From assembly GCA_001643675.2 (NCBI GenBank), contig LSRY02000053.1, forward strand, positions 124,001-188,000: a stretch of 64,000 bases of DNA, read 5' to 3'. Numbering within the stretch: position 1 is the stretch's first letter; the number at the start of each line of letters is the position of its first letter. The notes below the pieces were generated by a model, which saw only the letters and a list, made by a program, of their open reading frames with translations, searched no databases and was not told the origin of the DNA. The DNA comes from Monocercomonoides exilis PA203. Its lineage: Eukaryota > Protista > Preaxostyla. A program made the translations under genes and the position numbers. Shown in pieces: positions 1 through 13,148 of the stretch.

Positions 1-745
1 AAGCAAAGTCATAACGCTCATTCTCTGCTTCCATATTCTACAACTTCTTAGTACTTAACTGTACATCCGCTGAAAATGAGTGGACAATCTGAAATGCTTT
101 TAGAGGCATCGCTACTGCTTGCTCATTCTCTGTATTGCATTCGATTGCATCACCGTTATCAGCATCAGCACTGCCAATGCACCTGCTCCTGCCGTCTCAA
201 CCATCAACATTGCCATTCTACCACTCAACCTCACCTCTCTTTCAATCTGCTTCGTCTGCCTCATCTGCTATTTCGCTTCAGTTGCACCTCCAAGCAGACA
301 CAGCATCAGCTTCAGCTCGTCATTGTTCCGAATGTTTCACCCACCCATTGCGCGCATGTCACTCAGCTGCACATCGTTGAAAATAATCTTCTGCATGTCA
401 GGCAGAATCCCTTCTTTATTCTGCACAAGCTCCATTAGCTTTATCGTTGCCGTCTCATTCGAAACGCAAACTCAAATCACCTTCACTTCCATCGTTCTGA
501 TATGTACTTTCATCTTGTGACAAAACCCCTCTTTCGTTGAATGCTCGCGCCGATGCTCCTTTCACACTGCTCTTTCTTCTTTCTTCTTCTTCTTCTGCCT
601 CAATCAACCCCTCAACATCCAATCCCGATCGAAGCACTGTCTCAAACATCTTCTCCTCTTCTTTCTTATATCTCGCTTGCTTCTTCATCTTCACTTTCAC
701 ATTCTCCACAAGCGCCACACATTTCCTCACACTCCTCTTTAGTAA

Positions 746-804
746 TTCTTCTCCTCTTCCTTCTCCTCTTCCTTCTCCTCTTCCTTCTCCTCTTCCTTCT
801 CCTC
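746..804. repeat. 12-bp tandem repeat (tctcctcttcct)n, encoding GRGE repeats on the minus strand
   Basis: About 4-5 units visible directly. Confidence 0.85.
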
Positions 805-1116
805 TTTTCTTCGCCTTCTGCCCCAACTCCACCAGTCTTGCTAGCACAGGCACTTGCTTAACTGAATTCGGCCCAGCACACAAAGCTGTCTCTGCGTATT
901 CCTCAAACATCCCCACGTCGCACAAGCCCTGAAAATAGTGGTTAATTATCTTCTTATTTATGCTTGCTCAACTAGGCCGAATCGCTTTCGCAAAGTATTT
1001 CGATGTTCTTTTGAATATCAGACCATGAAACTGTTCATATGTAAATTCGCTGTCTTGATCGCAAAACTCTTGGAATTTCTTCTTCTCTTCTCCTTCTTCT
1101 TTCTCTTCTTCTTTCT

Positions 1117-1177
1117 CTTCATCTTCATCTTCATCTTCATCTTCATCTTCATCTTCATCTTCATCTTCATCTTCATC
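1117..1177. repeat. (ttcatc)n microsatellite encoding poly-(ED)
   Basis: About 10 units visible directly. Confidence 0.9.
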
Positions 1178-4100
1178 CTCATCAACCAACTTGTACAGCT
1201 CCTCAAATGCGTTACACCACACATCAAATGCCCTCACTTTTGCCTCGTCTCCCTCATTCTTCTTCGTCTTCGCCTTCATCACGCACTTCAGCAGATGAAG
1301 AATTCCTCCAAAGCAACTGTAGCATTCATATGAAGATGTCGACAGATCTTTTTTCTTCCGCGTCGCAACACATTTCGAAAGATTTGCTTTCTTCAATGAC
1401 ACTCCTCCTGTCTTCTTCCCATTTGAACTGGAACATTCACTTTCACATCTTGATGATGTTGATAAAGATGATTTTATTTTCTCCTTCTCCTTCTCCTTCT
1501 GTTCCTTCTTTTCTTCCTTCTTTTCTTCATCCTTCTCATCTTCTGCTTCCCAACATCTGCTTCTCAGCACTTTTTCTGGCAGAATCAGCGCCGAGTGCAT
1601 CTTCTGCAAAACATGCTTCTTCGGGTCAAACACATTCATCAGCCGCATTTCACTCAATCGTCCTTCTCCTCCTCCTTCTTCTTTTCCCTCAATTTTCCTT
1701 CTTCCGTGACACAAACTTGATCCGCATCCATCACCTTCGCTTCCTCGCTCTCATCGGCTGTTGTCACTACGGTAATGCTCTGCCCCTTCCCTGCAATCAC
1801 TTCCGTCGAAATAACCACACGCCTCCTCTTCCCCTCCATTGTCTCTTCATTCAACTCAACAGTCGTCGTCTCCCACAAAAAGAAGATGATCTTCCGGTTC
1901 TGCGCTCCTTCCATTCCCTCTCCCATCACTATGTTCTTCATGTTCTTCATCTTTATCGTCTTCGAGACCACAATTTTCTCTTCGCTTGCTGCTTCTTTAC
2001 AGATCGTATCCCATGCATCTGAACTTGCCTCAATCCTCCAAGTCTTCTTTGTCACAACCTGATGCATCAGTACAGACTTTTAATCCATTGTATTCCTTAG
2101 CCACGCTGCTGACTTCAACCACAAATGGAAGTTATCTTTTTCTGTGTCCAGCCTCTTTTCCAACTTGAAGAACGACCACTCCACCTTTGCTGTCTGCATC
2201 TCTGCCTGCCTCCCCTCATGCAACCGTGTTATCTGCGTCTACGCATCAGACGGGTCATCAAACACACTTACAAAAGCATGAGCTCACATTGTCAACTTGC
2301 AATTGCTCGGCATCTCCTTTTCATAACCTGCTTCTGCTCCTTCTCTGGTATCCATGTCATTTCAACACACTCCGCCGTTTTTGACATAGCATTTTCCCAA
2401 TCATCCATGTATCATTCCAACCTGCGCTACCACGTCATTGCATCACATATGCATATGCTGCAAGAAGCATGCAAAGCATTTGAATCAACTCCTTCCAGAC
2501 GATGCAGATACGACAAGCAAACTCGCGCTCCTCTGCTTTGTACCTGAAACGTTCTCAAAAGAGCACAAAACTTGTTTACCAAGTCTTCTTCAATAGTCTG
2601 CTTCATCCATACCACCCCCCTGTTGAATATTGAACCAAAATCTCGCACGGCTCCAGTAACAACTGCTTCTTCGGTGTTGTGCTTCTGCTGTATCTACGTT
2701 CGTTGATTCACGAAGCTGTACGACTTCTTGGTAGCAGCATGTTCAGTTCGTCCAGCACAGTCACAAACCGCTTGTCTGCAAATCACACACATCATTCGTT
2801 GACTGCCTTGTTAAACCAGAACACTTCTCTTCAGCTCACCACCAGATTCAACAACAATGAGCACTCCGCTATTCTGCCTTCGCTCAACCTCTCCTCCCCA
2901 TTCCTCTTCTTCTTCCTCTTCTTATTCTTCTTATCACCCAGCACAAAGAAAGCAAGTTTCTTCCTCAACTTTTTCATCGAATTTGTCTTTTTCCTCGATT
3001 ATTGTCAAACGATCAACTGATGTTTACAACTGCTCCACATCTCCAGTTATTTCAATTCGACTTTTCATTGAAGAAATACTCAAACACTCATATTCTTTTC
3101 CTGCTGTAACATTCTTATTTCTCGCGAATTCCGATGTTACATAGCAGGCACGCAAAGTGAGTGCATTGTTCAGCATTTGTTGCAGGCGAATCTCTGAAAA
3201 AATCGCTATCCATGTCTCCGCCTTCACAAACCTCAGCCGACTCAGCCCAAGCGCCTCCACAATCAGCAGCGCAATTGCTTCTTCCAGCTTCATCTGGTTT
3301 TGTTTTATTCTTTCCACAAACTCTCTGTATGTCGTTGGATACACGCCTTTGGCCTCATTCCCATCACATTCCTCTCTATCAACTCGCACTTTGGTACTGC
3401 CAACGCAATCACTGCTGGAGACAGAACCACATCCTCTATCCTCAGCCCTGCCTCCGACTGCCCCTTCTCTGCAATCTCCACCGCTTCGCGCATTATCACC
3501 TCATCTTTCAGCTTCACCATCACATGCCTCGCTGATGTTAACGCTTCTCCAGCCGCTCAATACAGACGACATCAGCGATGGTTCAAATAGATCGTTGATT
3601 GACAAGAATGCTATTCACATCTGCAGCTGCAAAGATCTTCTTGTTCCCCGACTTCGTGCCTACTGAAACTGCAAGTGACGGAAGCGGCACCACCAGCGGA
3701 ACCGAAAGCATTGTCTAAAGCTCCACATCGTGTGCGCACATAACACATTTCCATGCAGCACAACACACCGTGCCACAACATATTCCTGTTGTGCCTGCTG
3801 CTCCCGCGGTGATAGCAGCAGCTGCAGCGACAGCGGAATGTGCTGCCCATACACTCCAGCCGCCTCTCGATGTCGTCCAACACCACTTCCGACGTGTTTG
3901 AAGCTGATGACGCAGAAGCATCCGAAGGATCAATTGCAGGTGCTGATGATGAAAGAAAATTGTTTGATACAAACTGTTTGAATATTTATATTTGAAGAGA
4001 TTACATTTTTGAGTTTGTAATAAATGGAGATTTTTTTGAAAATTAAAATATCTAACTTCAATTTTAAAAAATAATATAAATAATTGCTCAATGTTTACAA

Positions 4101-5401
4101 CTCTTCGAATATCTTTCGATTGTTATAAGCGTTGTTTTAATAAAATTTTCCTGTTTGATAATTCTTAATTAAAATATTCTTTTATTCAAGCGAACAAAAT
4201 TTTATTTATCTTTCAACAAAAATAACATTAAAAACAAAGTAATTATCCATGAATTCATAATGAATATTCGAACAGATGAAATGAAAATGAAGAAATAAAA
4301 ACATTTAATTCATTTTATTCAAATAGCTGGTATGCATATGTTGACATAAGTGTATCACAAAATAAAGTTAAAAATCTATATAATTTCAACATATTTCTAT
4401 CCTGTTTTTCTTTTAAAAGCGAAATAAATTACAAAATATAACATTTTCAAAACAATAACGGGAACGGAATGATCAACATTTTTTGATCTTTTTTGATCTA
4501 ATTTTCAGATCAGTTAAACGTTTGCGACTTTTCAAAAAGAATAACCCATGTCTTCTCTAGTGTTATTCGGATGCCTGTGAACTTGATAATAATCAAAACA
4601 AATGAAATGATATAATTTTTGATCAAAACTTGAAAAATCAACCATTTTCCAAAAATTATAAATTTTGAACATTCCAACTCAACAAATGACCAATCATTTT
4701 TTTCAGCTCTTCTATTTTTTTGCTTTATGCAGCACTCTTTTGAAAAAAAAGAAATAATAAAGTTTCCGTCAATATTTGAATAATGTCAAATTAAAACGAT
4801 TTCTTTTGATTTTGCACTGTTTTGAAATTCCACAGGCAAGCTTGTTAAAAAATCCTCATAAGTTGTCAATTGATTCATGATATCTGTCAAATAATCAATT
4901 TTTCTGGACGAACAACTGATCTGCTCGACTGACTGATCTTTATTGAAAAAATGAATTTTTGAAACAAATGAAAAATAGAAAATCTTTTGATAAAAAAGGA
5001 TACTAAGTTATTTTTCATGGACTAATGATAATTTTTTAATTTCGAAACCATGAAAAATCAAATTCATATTAGCAAAATGTTAAAAATAAGTCATTTCCAT
5101 CAAAAAAAAAAAAGAGAATCTTAGATTTGTTTGTTTTTCTATTTATTAATCGAAAAATTGAGATACCATGATTAGAAAAAACGAATAAGAAAAAATAAAA
5201 ATTCAATTAATTTTTACAGAAATATTTTTGCATTGTCAGTCGACTTGTCGAACATTTTGGAAAATGTCGGTCTGTCGCAAAGGCTTTTATTGTGTAATGA
5301 TAGAAGAAGCATCATTTAATTCTTAAACATTCTCCTGAATTTCAACGAAATAATTATTCTTTGAACATACTTAAGTGATAGGCAGAAAGAATGTCGTGTA
5401 A

Positions 5402-6376
5402 CACTTTCACCTCTGACCCTTTTTTTACCCCCACCTTTTTTTTTGTGGAGCTGGCCACGGCTTAATACAAGCTCATAGCCAACAAAAAATAACTAGAAAT
5501 GTTTATTTTAATAGATTTGACTTATACCGAAAAAATTTATTAACGAAAATTTTTTAACTTTGAGATCTCGGTATTTTTCAATTTTATTTTTTGATCATTA
5601 AATTGATGGTCTTTCCATGGATATAACATTCTGGAAGTTTTAAGCTACACCATCATTACACATCTTATCCTTTTTATTATTTTTATAACTTTTCACATTT
5701 CACTTGTTTCTTTATCACGTGTTTTCTCATTTCATCGACTTTTCGAAAAAATGGAATTATTAATAGAATGATGAATTTTTGTTAAAATTTTAAGATAATC
5801 CTTATTATATATTAGAATGTTAATTATGTTGATATACAATATAGTTTTTCAAATTTGATTTAATATAGAAAAATGAAAAACATCAATTTCGGTAGTTTTG
5901 ATTTTTCCAACCAGAAACAATTTTTTCAGCAAAAAATTATGTGAGTGTTCAACAATATATTGAGTCAAAAATAAGAGACAGCTTATAAAATAAAAAAATT
6001 GTCTTTTATACAATCAAAAATTTTCATTTTTTCGAAAAGTGGATGAAATGAGAAAACAAGTGAAAAAGAAACGTGTGAAATGTGAAAAGTTTTAAAAATA
6101 ATAAAAAGGATAAGATGTGTAATGATGGTGTAGCTTAAAACTTCCAGAATGTTATATCCATGGAAAGACCATCAATTTAATGATCAAAAAATAAAATTGA
6201 AAAATACCGAGATCTCAAAGTTAAAAAATTTTCGTTAATAAATTTTTTCGGTATAAGTCAAATCTATTAAAATAAACATTTCTAGTTATTTTTTGTTGGC
6301 TATGAGCTTGTATTAAGCCGTGGCCAGCTCCACAAAAAAAAAGGTGGGGGTAAAAAAAGGGTCAGAGGTGAAAGTG
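5402..6376. mobile_element. Non-autonomous foldback/MITE-like element with ~352-bp terminal inverted repeats
   Basis: 5402-5753 is the reverse complement of 6025-6376 (CACTTTCACCTCTGACC...GGTCAGAGGTGAAAGTG), with a few mismatches only near the inner ends. The 271-bp spacer is AT-rich with no ORF. No target-site duplication is visible. Confidence 0.85.
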
Positions 6377-6630
6377 CCACCCTTATTATCCAATGACACA
6401 TCACATAAAATGTGATCGAAGGCTGAATGAAACATACAAAGTCAAAGAAATAGAAGAGGATCTGTACAAAAACATTGAAGGAATATTGACTTTATTTTCA
6501 AATTATCACCAATCAACAAATACCCTTCCATTTCATGTTGTAAAACCAAAATCACTCATATTTTCCTTTCACCTAATACATAAAATTTCATAAAAATTAG
6601 AATGCATGACTCAATTGTGCATCAATCATA

Positions 6631-7990
6631 TTAACGAGAAATGACTTTAATGCGGATTGGAGAAGACGGAGCTGGCTTGTTCTTGGAGGAAGAGAAAAGA
6701 GAAGGAGAATAGGAGTTTGAAGCAGCCTTTGCCTTTGCCTTTGCCTTTGCAGCTGGATGTGACACTTCATACGAAGATGTTGACGTGATGGAATACGAAG
6801 AACTGGCAATCCCCGGCTCAACAGGCGTAAGCATCTCCAAGCACTTCTGAATCATCGTGATTGCCTTCTGCTCCATCTCTTTTTCTTTCGCTCTTCCTTT
6901 CTCCCGCTTCGCGCGCTTTTCTCCCTCACCGCCTGCCTCCCCTGCCCCACTTCCACTTCCACTTCCACTTCTTTCTCTCAGCTTCTCTCTTCTCTTGTAT
7001 TGCTTCATGGCATCTTTAAGCGCTCCAATCCCGTCTGACTGGATGACCCACAGCCGATATTTCTTCAGGTCTTGCATGATGATGCACAGCACTGTGGCAC
7101 TTCGAAGAACAACTTCCGCAGACGAAGTGGGCGAAGGCGGAATGAGCGCCTGCGAGTGAGTAGAATCAGCAGCTGGTCCTGCTGAAGAAGAAGAAGAAGT
7201 TGAAGAAGATGAAAACGGAGGAGGAGAAGGAGTCTGAGAGAACTGAGTCAAAAGAGAAAGCAACGTCAGAAGTCCATTGCAAATTGCAATGTCGTTTTCG
7301 TTGTTGCGCAATTTGACAAGAAGACACAAAGTATCCAAGCACCGAAGAATAAGAAAATCATAGTATCCAACACTCAGTCCAGGGAATACTGATGATGCAA
7401 CATCTTCTTCTTCCTCATCCTCATCATCATCTTCTTCATCTTCTTCATCTTCTTCATCTTCTTCATCTTCTTCATCTTCTTCTTCGCCTTCCCCTTCCTC
7501 TCTTCCCTCCTTTTCTTTCTCCTTCCCTTTTTCTTTCTCCTCCTCCTCCTCCTCCTCCTCCTCCTCCTCCTTCTTCTTCTTCTTCTTTGGCTAAATTACA
7601 TAGTTTCAAAAGTTAGTTTCCTCAAAATTCTTCCTCAACCACATAGCATCCATCATCCTTTATTCAAATGCCTCTTGTTTTTGTGCTTAAGCAGCCTTTC
7701 TGTTTTTTCCTCTTCAGACTGTCTGAAGCACAAAAAGCATCTTCTTATCTTTTCTCGCTTTCTTTGCCTGTGTTTATTCTTCCTCAATTGTTCTAATGGT
7801 ACATTCTGCTTATCGCTGGCAAAGTTTGTGATTTCTGTTTCAAGTTTTAGACTGATAGTTTGCTTTATGATGTTAATGAATCATTCTAGAAATAACAGCG
7901 CTTCTCAAAAATCCAAAAATACGTTGTACAGCTCAGCAGTCATTTCTTCAATCAGCTCCTTTGTCTTCTTCGTCTGTTTCTTCGCTATTT
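6631..7990 (-). pseudogene. Hypothetical protein 3' fragment (helical/ARM-like, low complexity), disrupted upstream of ~7400
   Basis: 235-aa ORF 6631-7338 ends in TAA. Coding-like composition continues to ~7990 through acidic and Gly repeats but with stops and frameshifts, and no clear start codon. Confidence 0.45.
7425..7588. repeat. (tcttcatct)n, (cct)n and (tct)n microsatellite cluster
   Basis: Visible directly. Confidence 0.85.
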
Positions 7991-7996
7991 GCGCAA

Positions 7997-8665
7997 CGCA
8001 AAAGAGAAGAGAAGAATGCAGCAGGAGACAAGCGGTCATTCCCATCATCCACCGCTCCTTCGATTGAACCTTCAGATTCCTTGATGGAAAAGGTGTTATG
8101 CACGTCTACAGCAGCGATGGACTTCATCAATAGACGGATGCGGATTGTTGTGCCAGAAGAAACTGGGGCACATGCAAATCACATGAAGTTGTTACCAAGT
8201 GCGCTACAGACACTGCTGGGATATACTGTGTCACAGTGGGCGGTGCTGTGTGGGGGGTGTTGTATGTGCATACGATGTGGCGCTTTCAGCGATGCTTTCG
8301 GTTCCGCTGGTGTGTCCGCTTCCTTTCTTGCAGCGTCGGTGGGAACAAAGGCTGGGGGCAAGCGGATCTTTGAAGCAGTGGATGTGAATGCGTTCCCGTC
8401 GACCTACGATCAGTTTGACTCGTCGCTGTTGCTGTTGCTATTGCGATAATTGCAGTCGAGGCGTGTGGTGGTAAAGCTTGACGAGGAAGCGATGGGGCGA
8501 GGGGTTGCAGTGCGTGAAGTGGGGGAGATTGCAGAGAAGGAATTGGAGAAGGGACTGGATGAGGTCCTGCCGCCTTTAGCAATTTTGTTGGGGGTGCTGG
8601 AAAAACAAAAAAAGGAAAAAAGAAAGAGGAAAAAGAATAAGAGGAAGAGGAAGAAGAAGAATTAA
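7997..8665 (+). pseudogene. Gene fragment paralogous to the 5' part of the 1-3970 relic
   Basis: CGAFSDAFGSAGVSAS (here) vs CGALDNAFGSAGGAAS (3611-3886 minus). VVVKLDEE..VREVGEIAEK vs MMVKLKDEVIMREAVEIAEK. Shared DNA ATGCTTTCGGTTCCGCTGGTG. In-frame TAA at 8447-8449. Confidence 0.65.
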
Positions 8666-8699
8666 CACCCTAGACTACAATATAGAGTTGATAAGGAAG

Positions 8700-9450
8700 A
8701 TAATAATTTTCAAACTTCTGTGCTTGAATGATATGACTCTTCGACCTGTGTGATAAAAAGGTATCATATGTCAATGAGATTGTGTATGACGAAGATAATC
8801 CCTGATGAAAATCAATTGAATGGGTTGGTTGTGTTTCAACATCGAGGAGGAAGATGGATGGAAAGGTTGGCATTCGCTTATCAATGCTCTTGATGCAGAT
8901 AACGATGCTTCTGAAATGCATTCTCTGATGCTCGAGGCACAAAATTCAAAGAACCGTGCACAAACATAGAAGATGAGTGAAACAACAGCTTTGTTGAAAA
9001 ACAAACGATGAAAGCAAAAGCCATCGAATTCTCTTTCATCGGCTGTGGTATCGAAGAAAGCAAACTTCGAATGATAATCACATTGCTCACTCAAAATGGC
9101 TGTCCCTTCGAAGAATGAAATCTAAAAGCAGCTGTACCTAATGCTGTTTGATTCCCAAAAAGCATTCGACAATTGCTATCTCGTTAATGGTGTTTCTCAT
9201 TTGTTTTGAAGCAAAAAGGAATCAAAAATAACTTTTTCTTACTTTCCGTATCTGCATGGCACAGTCAGAGAAACAGGAAAGCCTAATAAATAAAACTGAT
9301 ATTTCTAAGCTCTCCTTTTTTCCGTTGAATTCTTGACTTCTTTAGTGATTAATATCCTTCCCTTGATATTGCCAGTTGCTTTCCTTGCCAAAAAATACCC
9401 CAAACTGCTCTCCCTGCCTAATATTCCAAAATGCTATATAATTTTGTGCA
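8700..9450 (-). pseudogene. Possible highly degraded protein-kinase relic
   Basis: Kinase-like fragments in the right order but in different frames: NYIAFWNIRQGEQFGVFF (Gly loop-like), REIAIV (alphaC-like), ILSEQCDY (hinge-like), CLEHQRMHFRSIV (pre-HRD-like). No HRD or DFG survives. Confidence 0.2.
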
Positions 9451-10090
9451 GATTTTGGCCTTCACAGAATTCCATCCATAAATCTTCATTCAACAAAAAT
9501 ATCAGCTGAATTTGTTTTCACCTCTTGTTCCAAACAAAAATCATGTATCTTCCGTAACTTCATTTATTTCCCAATGTCTATATAATAATCAGCTCCATTC
9601 TCGTAGTATTGCTCGACAAAGCGGAGATTGGCCATTTCAATAATAATTCGGATTCCTGCACTTTGGAAAGGATACGAATGGAAATATCTTCACAACATAA
9701 AGAACAATATGAAATGCATGCATGCAGTTATTTTCATTTAAAAATAAAATTGTTGTATTTCGTCGGACATCCAATTTCAAAAATCATCTTAATGAATATC
9801 AACATAAATGCATCTCATCATTTCTTTTTGCCTACAAATGAAAAATTATTTCTAATTCTATAGATTATGTTTACTCACGGAATTCTAATCCTGCACAAGA
9901 ATATTCAATTTCAAAGAAAACAATTCGATCAATGAATCCATTACAAATAAAGAAAAAACATTTGGTTTTCTTCAAAATCTTTTACCAGAATGTTAGCAAA
10001 AGAAAGAATGGTATAAACACATATTTTTATGGATGTTTTGAATTTTTATTTTTCATCTATTTCTTCTGTCCAATGATATTCGAATTCAAT

Positions 10091-11551
10091 ATGAATGATA
10101 AAAATGCTGTTGTTTTCTGGTACAGTATTTCTTTAAAACACAGACGGAATACAACACAAAAAAATTCACCGGTTTGCAGATATTGTTACGTTTGAATTCT
10201 TGGCTTTCACATTTCTTCGTTTTTAAGAATTGTTATCTGAGCTTGAGCATTGCGATGAAGAAGATCAAAGACAGATAATCCTTGAAATGAATGAAATGAT
10301 TAATGGAATGAATAAAGAAGAATTGGAACCTGTTTTTTCAGAAGAAACGTTTAATGAAATGAACAAAATGATTGAAAAAAAGAAAATTTCAATGGAAAAT
10401 GCCATTTTGTTATTGAAGCATGTTGGATATTGCGAAGTTCTTTTGTTCTTGTGGAGTAATAACTTTAATAATTCTTTGCTGCACAGAAAATTTGAAAAGA
10501 TGATTATTGAAGAAGAAAAGAAAAAAGATGAAAAGAATGAAAAGCTTCTGACTGATCTTTGCGAGTGCTTTGTTTTGCTCAAGTGTGGGATTTCATCGGA
10601 TTTGTTATCAATTTGTGTGCCTTATCTCCTGAAAATTGCCTTGAAGAAAAAAGAAAGCGAAGAAACTCAAATGGAAGTGGAAATGGAATTGCTGGCTTTA
10701 AGCAATATTGAGTATAATGTGGTTTGATTATTTTTGTGTTTTATTATTATTATTATTATTATTATTAGAAAATAGATAAAGAATTGTACTTGAATGAGAT
10801 CAAAGAAATCATCAAATATCATAAGGAGCATCATAATCTGACACGAATCGCATATCAATCGGCTTGGATGTTTTTGATAGACAGATTTGTCGCAGACAAA
10901 AGTTTGGAAGAAATCGTTGTGAATGAGCTTCATTTTGGAAGAGAAGCAGCAAAAGAACTGGAAGAGCTGATGAAATGTGTGGATTGGAAGAAAAATGAAA
11001 AAAAGGGAGAGAGAAAAGAAGAGGAAGATATGATAACAATATTGAGATGGTGCAAACTACTGCAGAAGTTGTTTTCTGGTGTTAAGGAAGGCTTAGGCGA
11101 ATGCTCTGATCTTCTTGGCTGTCTTGTCAGTCTGTTCAGAGCAGCAAGGAACAATCAGAATGAATTGCACAGAGAATTGTGTTATGATTGTATTTATTGC
11201 GTAAAGAAAATGTATACAAGAAACTTCATATCGGAAACCGATTTGCTGGAAGAAGGAGCAGCTAACTTGTTTGTGGAAGAAATTTCCCAATCAACATTGA
11301 ACAGATCTCTAACGGAGGAAATTCTAAGTTTACTTGGATTTGTTTCGAAAAGACTGAAAGGAAAAACAAGCAAAGAAAGTGAAGAAAAACCTTCGAAGAT
11401 GGAAAGGAAGATGATAAAAAGAAAGATATTTGAAAGGTTTGAGGAAGAAGGATATGAAGATGAAATCACCAAGCATTATGAAACTATTTTTTGGAGGTAT
11501 TTTTTGCTTGGTGTATCAAAAGATGTGAATGATTATAATGTTTATTGCTGA
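10091..11551 (+). CDS. Uncharacterised expanded-family protein, copy 1 (~430-450 aa, helical; 'HHNLTRxAYQSAW' and 'EEEGYED' motifs)
   Basis: ORFs 10230-10727 and 10784-11551 join in frame through GT-AG intron 10722-10768 (..YNV|KIDKELYLNE..). A probable short first exon and intron (~10172-10227) lie upstream, so the start is uncertain. Clear paralogs at 13149 and 17419. Confidence 0.8.
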
Positions 11552-11643
11552 CCGCATTTCTTGCATGTTTCGACGGGAAAATGTTTGATATTTTTTCTCA
11601 GAATTTTAATTCATAAGCTTCTTCATGTTCTTCATCTTCATCT

Positions 11644-11701
11644 TCATTTCCTTCATTTCCTTCATTTCCTTCATTTCCTTCATTTCCTTCATTTCCTTCA
11701 T
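11644..11701. repeat. 9-bp tandem repeat (catttcctt)n
   Basis: About 6 units visible directly. Confidence 0.9.
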
Positions 11702-13148
11702 CACCTTCTTCAATATTGTCGCATCATCACATTGTTTCATTTCATTGTTTCTTCATCGCTTCAAATGCAGTTCAAAGCATCATAGCTATCATTTTTCTTC
11801 TTCTTTTTTCTCTTCAGTCCGAATATCTCGTGCTTTTTCAACTTTTCTTTGAGAGTTGAAGCAAAGACGATGAATGCACTTCTGTTGCGGTTCAATGTAC
11901 TTTGCAGAATGAACTGTTTTTCGACAATCTTTGTCTCGTAACTACTTGTGCATGACAACATTTCATTTCTCAACCGTGGCAGCTTACAGAAGAAGAAGCT
12001 GAAGTCGAAGAAGAAGAAGAAGAAGAAGAAGGATAAGTTGAAGACAAAGCTGAAGCAAGAGCAAACAGATTGTTCAGAAATAAGTTGTTCAGGTTCGCCA
12101 TGTGTCAGTTTCCACTTTCCCGTTTTATCATCTGCTTTCTCAGAGGATTTATCTGTTTCAACTTCTGATTGAGACTTTGACTTCTGCCTTTCGGTTCGAT
12201 GACTTCTTTCCACTGGAATTAAACGAGTTATCTGACGAGTTGAAGGTTCTTCGTTTGCATTTCTCAACGAACTTTTTGTATTATTTATTTGGACCATCAA
12301 TTCTTCTCACGCTGCTATCTCTTTTTGCTCGAATTATTCGAAAGAAAAGGAATAGCTTTTGAAGAATGCACAAGAAAGAGATGCTTCTTTGAGATGTTTT
12401 CACAGCCAAAGTTGTTGACAGCAAATCAGTCAAGTGGAAAAGAGAGAAGCAGATACACTTTCAGCAAAAGAGAGCAAAACAAACAAATGTATTGCTTATA
12501 TCATTCCGGCATTTGCTATCAAAAGCCTGCATTGATATTTTTTTTTGTAGGAAATACTTATTGTCTTGCATTTCTGTTTTCATCTCCAACTTCTTTGCCT
12601 TTCCCTTCACTTTCTCACCTGAGAAGAATAACACACATCATCATTTCATAGCCTTATTTCATCTCAGCAGCATCTTCGGCTTATGGATCTAATTTTAGCA
12701 ATTCTCTCTTCTTGTTGGTAGATGCTTCATACAATACCTGAAAAAGACAGAAAAGTGAAAAATCGAAGAATCAAAAGACAAACAGAAACAAAGTGTGAAG
12801 CTGCTGTATGAAAGAAAATGCACCAACGCATTAGAAAGAACAACGAAATATTAAGTCGCCTTCAATTATCTTCATCTTTTCCTTCAAGTGATTATTCGGC
12901 TGAATCCTCTTCTTCTCCATTTCAAGACGCTTTGAGTGTTCAGACTCTTTGTTCAATTCACATTAATCATTATATATTTTTTGTTCTATTTGCAGAAACG
13001 ATCGAAATTCGAACCTTAAATTGCTTTTTGAATGAAAAAAGCCGAAGAAAAAAAGAAAAAGAATTTTTATAGAATTTTGAAATGAAAAAAATAAAATTAA
13101 ATAAGAAATATAAATAAAACGCTTCTTTTTTCAATATATTTCATTAAT

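Larger units (their letters stand above)
1..3970 (-). pseudogene. Degenerate large hypothetical-protein gene (runs off the window start)
   Basis: Chain of E/K-rich minus-strand ORFs in shifting frames (3611-3886, 3305-3523, 3024-3389, 2427-2648, 1654-2067, 968-1714, 455-925) with coding-like composition, broken by stops and frameshifts. A GT..AG intron-like stretch lies at ~929-972. The 5' part has a paralogous fragment at ~8000-8600. Confidence 0.6.

Noticed and set aside
4455-5290. Clusters of TGATC/GTCGAC words resembling transposon subterminal repeats
   Set aside because: I could not pair them into TIRs or find a TSD.
11761-12950. Minus-strand coding-like fragments
   Set aside because: Broken by stops and a (ttc)n tract, with no recognisable domain or paralog in the window.
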